Program-made: the position numbers and the translations under genes
Notes under the pieces: generated by a model
The model's database searches: none
What the model was told of the DNA's origin: nothing
Seen by the model: the letters and a program-made list of their open reading frames with translations, nothing else
Assembly (NCBI GenBank): GCA_002418055.1
Contig: DIDI01000037.1
Location: 51,189-115,188 of the forward strand
Direction of reading: 5' to 3'
Length of the DNA stretch: 64,000 bases
From: Lactobacillus sp. UBA5804
GTDB lineage: Bacteria; Bacillota; Bacilli; Lactobacillales; Lactobacillaceae
Part shown: one piece after another, positions 62,700 through 64,000 of the stretch
How positions within the stretch are numbered: the first letter of the stretch is position 1
Layout of the letters: the number at the start of each line of letters is the position of its first letter

Positions 62700-62869
62700 T
62701 ATATAGTTTCAGAATGCTGATATATCAGTGATTTAAGCGATACATGTGGTATTTTCTACCGAAAAGCTACCGAATAGAACAAAAATGCTACTCGAAATAT
62801 CGCGTTGGCAAAACAATGCCTTGCTTGTTAGAATCGAAAATCTCCCCAGCAAAGGAGCGTGAATCAATT

Positions 62870-63370
62870 ATGGACAAGTTTCACAGAGCGTTTGGCGTAT
62901 ATGGCGTTGTGCATGAAGAAGCCAAAGGTCTAGTAGTCATCAAGAAAAATGGTGGTCCCTACACCAATCGTTTTGATCTTCCAGGTGGTAGTCTCGAAGA
63001 TGGTGAAGCACTAAACATTGCCATCAAACGCGAGATAAAAGAAGAAACTGGCCTAGCCGTCTTATCTTACCATCAACTCGGCATCACGAGTTTTAAATAT
63101 CCTTGGGATTATTTGAATTTTCACCTTAATCAGCACATTGCTGTCTTCTATGATATCCAAAAATTAGCAGGCGTACTCGAACAAGTTGCACCCCAATTTG
63201 AAGGTCAAGACTCACTGGGTGCAGTATTTGTACCACTGCGTCAGCTTAATCTGAATAATGCTTCACCGCCTGTACTTAAAGCCAAAGAATACTTGTTAAA
63301 CGATCGACAATTCAGCGATGCAGATACAACTTTTGATAAATGGGACGTACTTGACAAGCCAGTATTTTAG
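62870..63370 (+). CDS. NUDIX hydrolase
   Basis: PGGSLEDGEALNIAIKREIKEETGL; start moved to ATG 62870 behind AAGGAG. Confidence 0.9.
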   Translation: MDKFHRAFGVYGVVHEEAKGLVVIKKNGGPYTNRFDLPGGSLEDGEALNIAIKREIKEETGLAVLSYHQLGITSFKYPWDYLNFHLNQHIAVFYDIQKLAGVLEQVAPQFEGQDSLGAVFVPLRQLNLNNASPPVLKAKEYLLNDRQFSDADTTFDKWDVLDKPVF

Positions 63371-63466
63371 GCTAACCATTCTGCTGACAATGATTAGCGT
63401 TATAATTGACCAGACCTGCACATCAGATCTGGTCATTTTGTATTCATTAGAAAGACAGGCGAATTC

Positions 63467-64000
63467 TTGAATCGAAGCCATTCATTAATTACTACCATTA
63501 TCAATGGTATCATCATCGGTAGTTATGCCGGATTAGTCATCAGCCTCTTCCGCTTCCTCATTCAAAATAGTATTTTAGGCTGGAAAAGCCTCTATCACAG
63601 CACCCACCTGCATCCCTTCATCCTGCTATTCATCATGGTCATTCTCATCATGATTACCCTGTTAGTCAGTATGTTAGTCAAACAAGAACCTCATATTATG
63701 GGATCCGGTATTCCAGAAGTTAAGCTCCAATTGTCTCAAAGACTACAGTTAAACCCAGTAGCTATTTTATGGCGTAAATTCATGACTGGTGTCTTAATGA
63801 TTGGAACCGGTAGCTTTCTAGGCCGTGAAGGGCCTTCAGTTCAGTTAGGTGCCGCAGTTGGCCAAATTTATGCTGAACGACGCCAGCTCGATCAGCCAGC
63901 TTGGCAGCAAATGGTGGTTGCCGGTGCGGCGGCTGGTTTAGCCGCGGCTTTTAATGCGCCCCTAGCAGCAACGATGTTTGTGTTGGAAGAACTGACCCAC
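63467..64000 (+). CDS. ClC-family H+/Cl- transporter (partial; runs off window end)
   Basis: Read by hand from TTG 63467: GSGIPEV, GREGP, AAGLAAAFNAPLA. Confidence 0.9.
   Translation, partial: MNRSHSLITTIINGIIIGSYAGLVISLFRFLIQNSILGWKSLYHSTHLHPFILLFIMVILIMITLLVSMLVKQEPHIMGSGIPEVKLQLSQRLQLNPVAILWRKFMTGVLMIGTGSFLGREGPSVQLGAAVGQIYAERRQLDQPAWQQMVVAGAAAGLAAAFNAPLAATMFVLEELTH

Noticed and set aside
62744-62869. N-terminal extension of the NUDIX ORF in the track
   Set aside because: Overlaps the repeat region after the tRNA; the RBS supports ATG 62870
2326-63481. Many 60-170 aa ORFs in the track lying antisense or out of frame within long genes (e.g. 53426-53938, 28209-28610, 52056-52376)
   Set aside because: Shadow ORFs of well-supported genes; no RBS or recognisable motifs
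1-64000. CRISPR arrays, IS elements, prophage or restriction/defence genes
   Set aside because: No regularly spaced repeats, transposase, integrase or phage-like ORFs seen

Overview
Chromosomal segment of a lactic acid bacterium; the protein sequences and gene order are Lactobacillus-like. Most genes are on the minus strand. Core content: dinG (partial), addA, addB, the lower mevalonate operon, rsmF, tpx, pepT-nif3-trmK, rpoD-dnaG-glyQS, recO-era-ybeY-phoH-yqeY-rpsU, aspS-hisS, dtd-rel-prmA, metQNI and folA-thyA, with three T-box leaders (Gly, His/Asp, Met). Two parts are accessory. (1) A rearranged citrate-lyase locus (14.6-26.1 kb: citG, citFED, divergent SorC-family regulator, alpha/beta hydrolase, citC, DASS carrier, an LDH-fold dehydrogenase with the MDH arginine, an Ldh_2-family dehydrogenase, citX). 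It has no oxaloacetate decarboxylase and shows a shared T-tract/A-tract palindrome in three promoters. (2) The right end (59.6-64 kb): a lone dif/Xer-like site, a PAP2 phosphatase, an Lsa-type ARE-ABCF with a complete uORF(MKF)/antiterminator/terminator attenuator and a Glu-to-Asp change in its second Walker B, tRNA-Ser(CGA) followed by att-scar-like repeats, a NUDIX gene and a partial ClC transporter. I saw no IS element, prophage gene or CRISPR array. All calls come from reading the sequence by eye; no searches were run.
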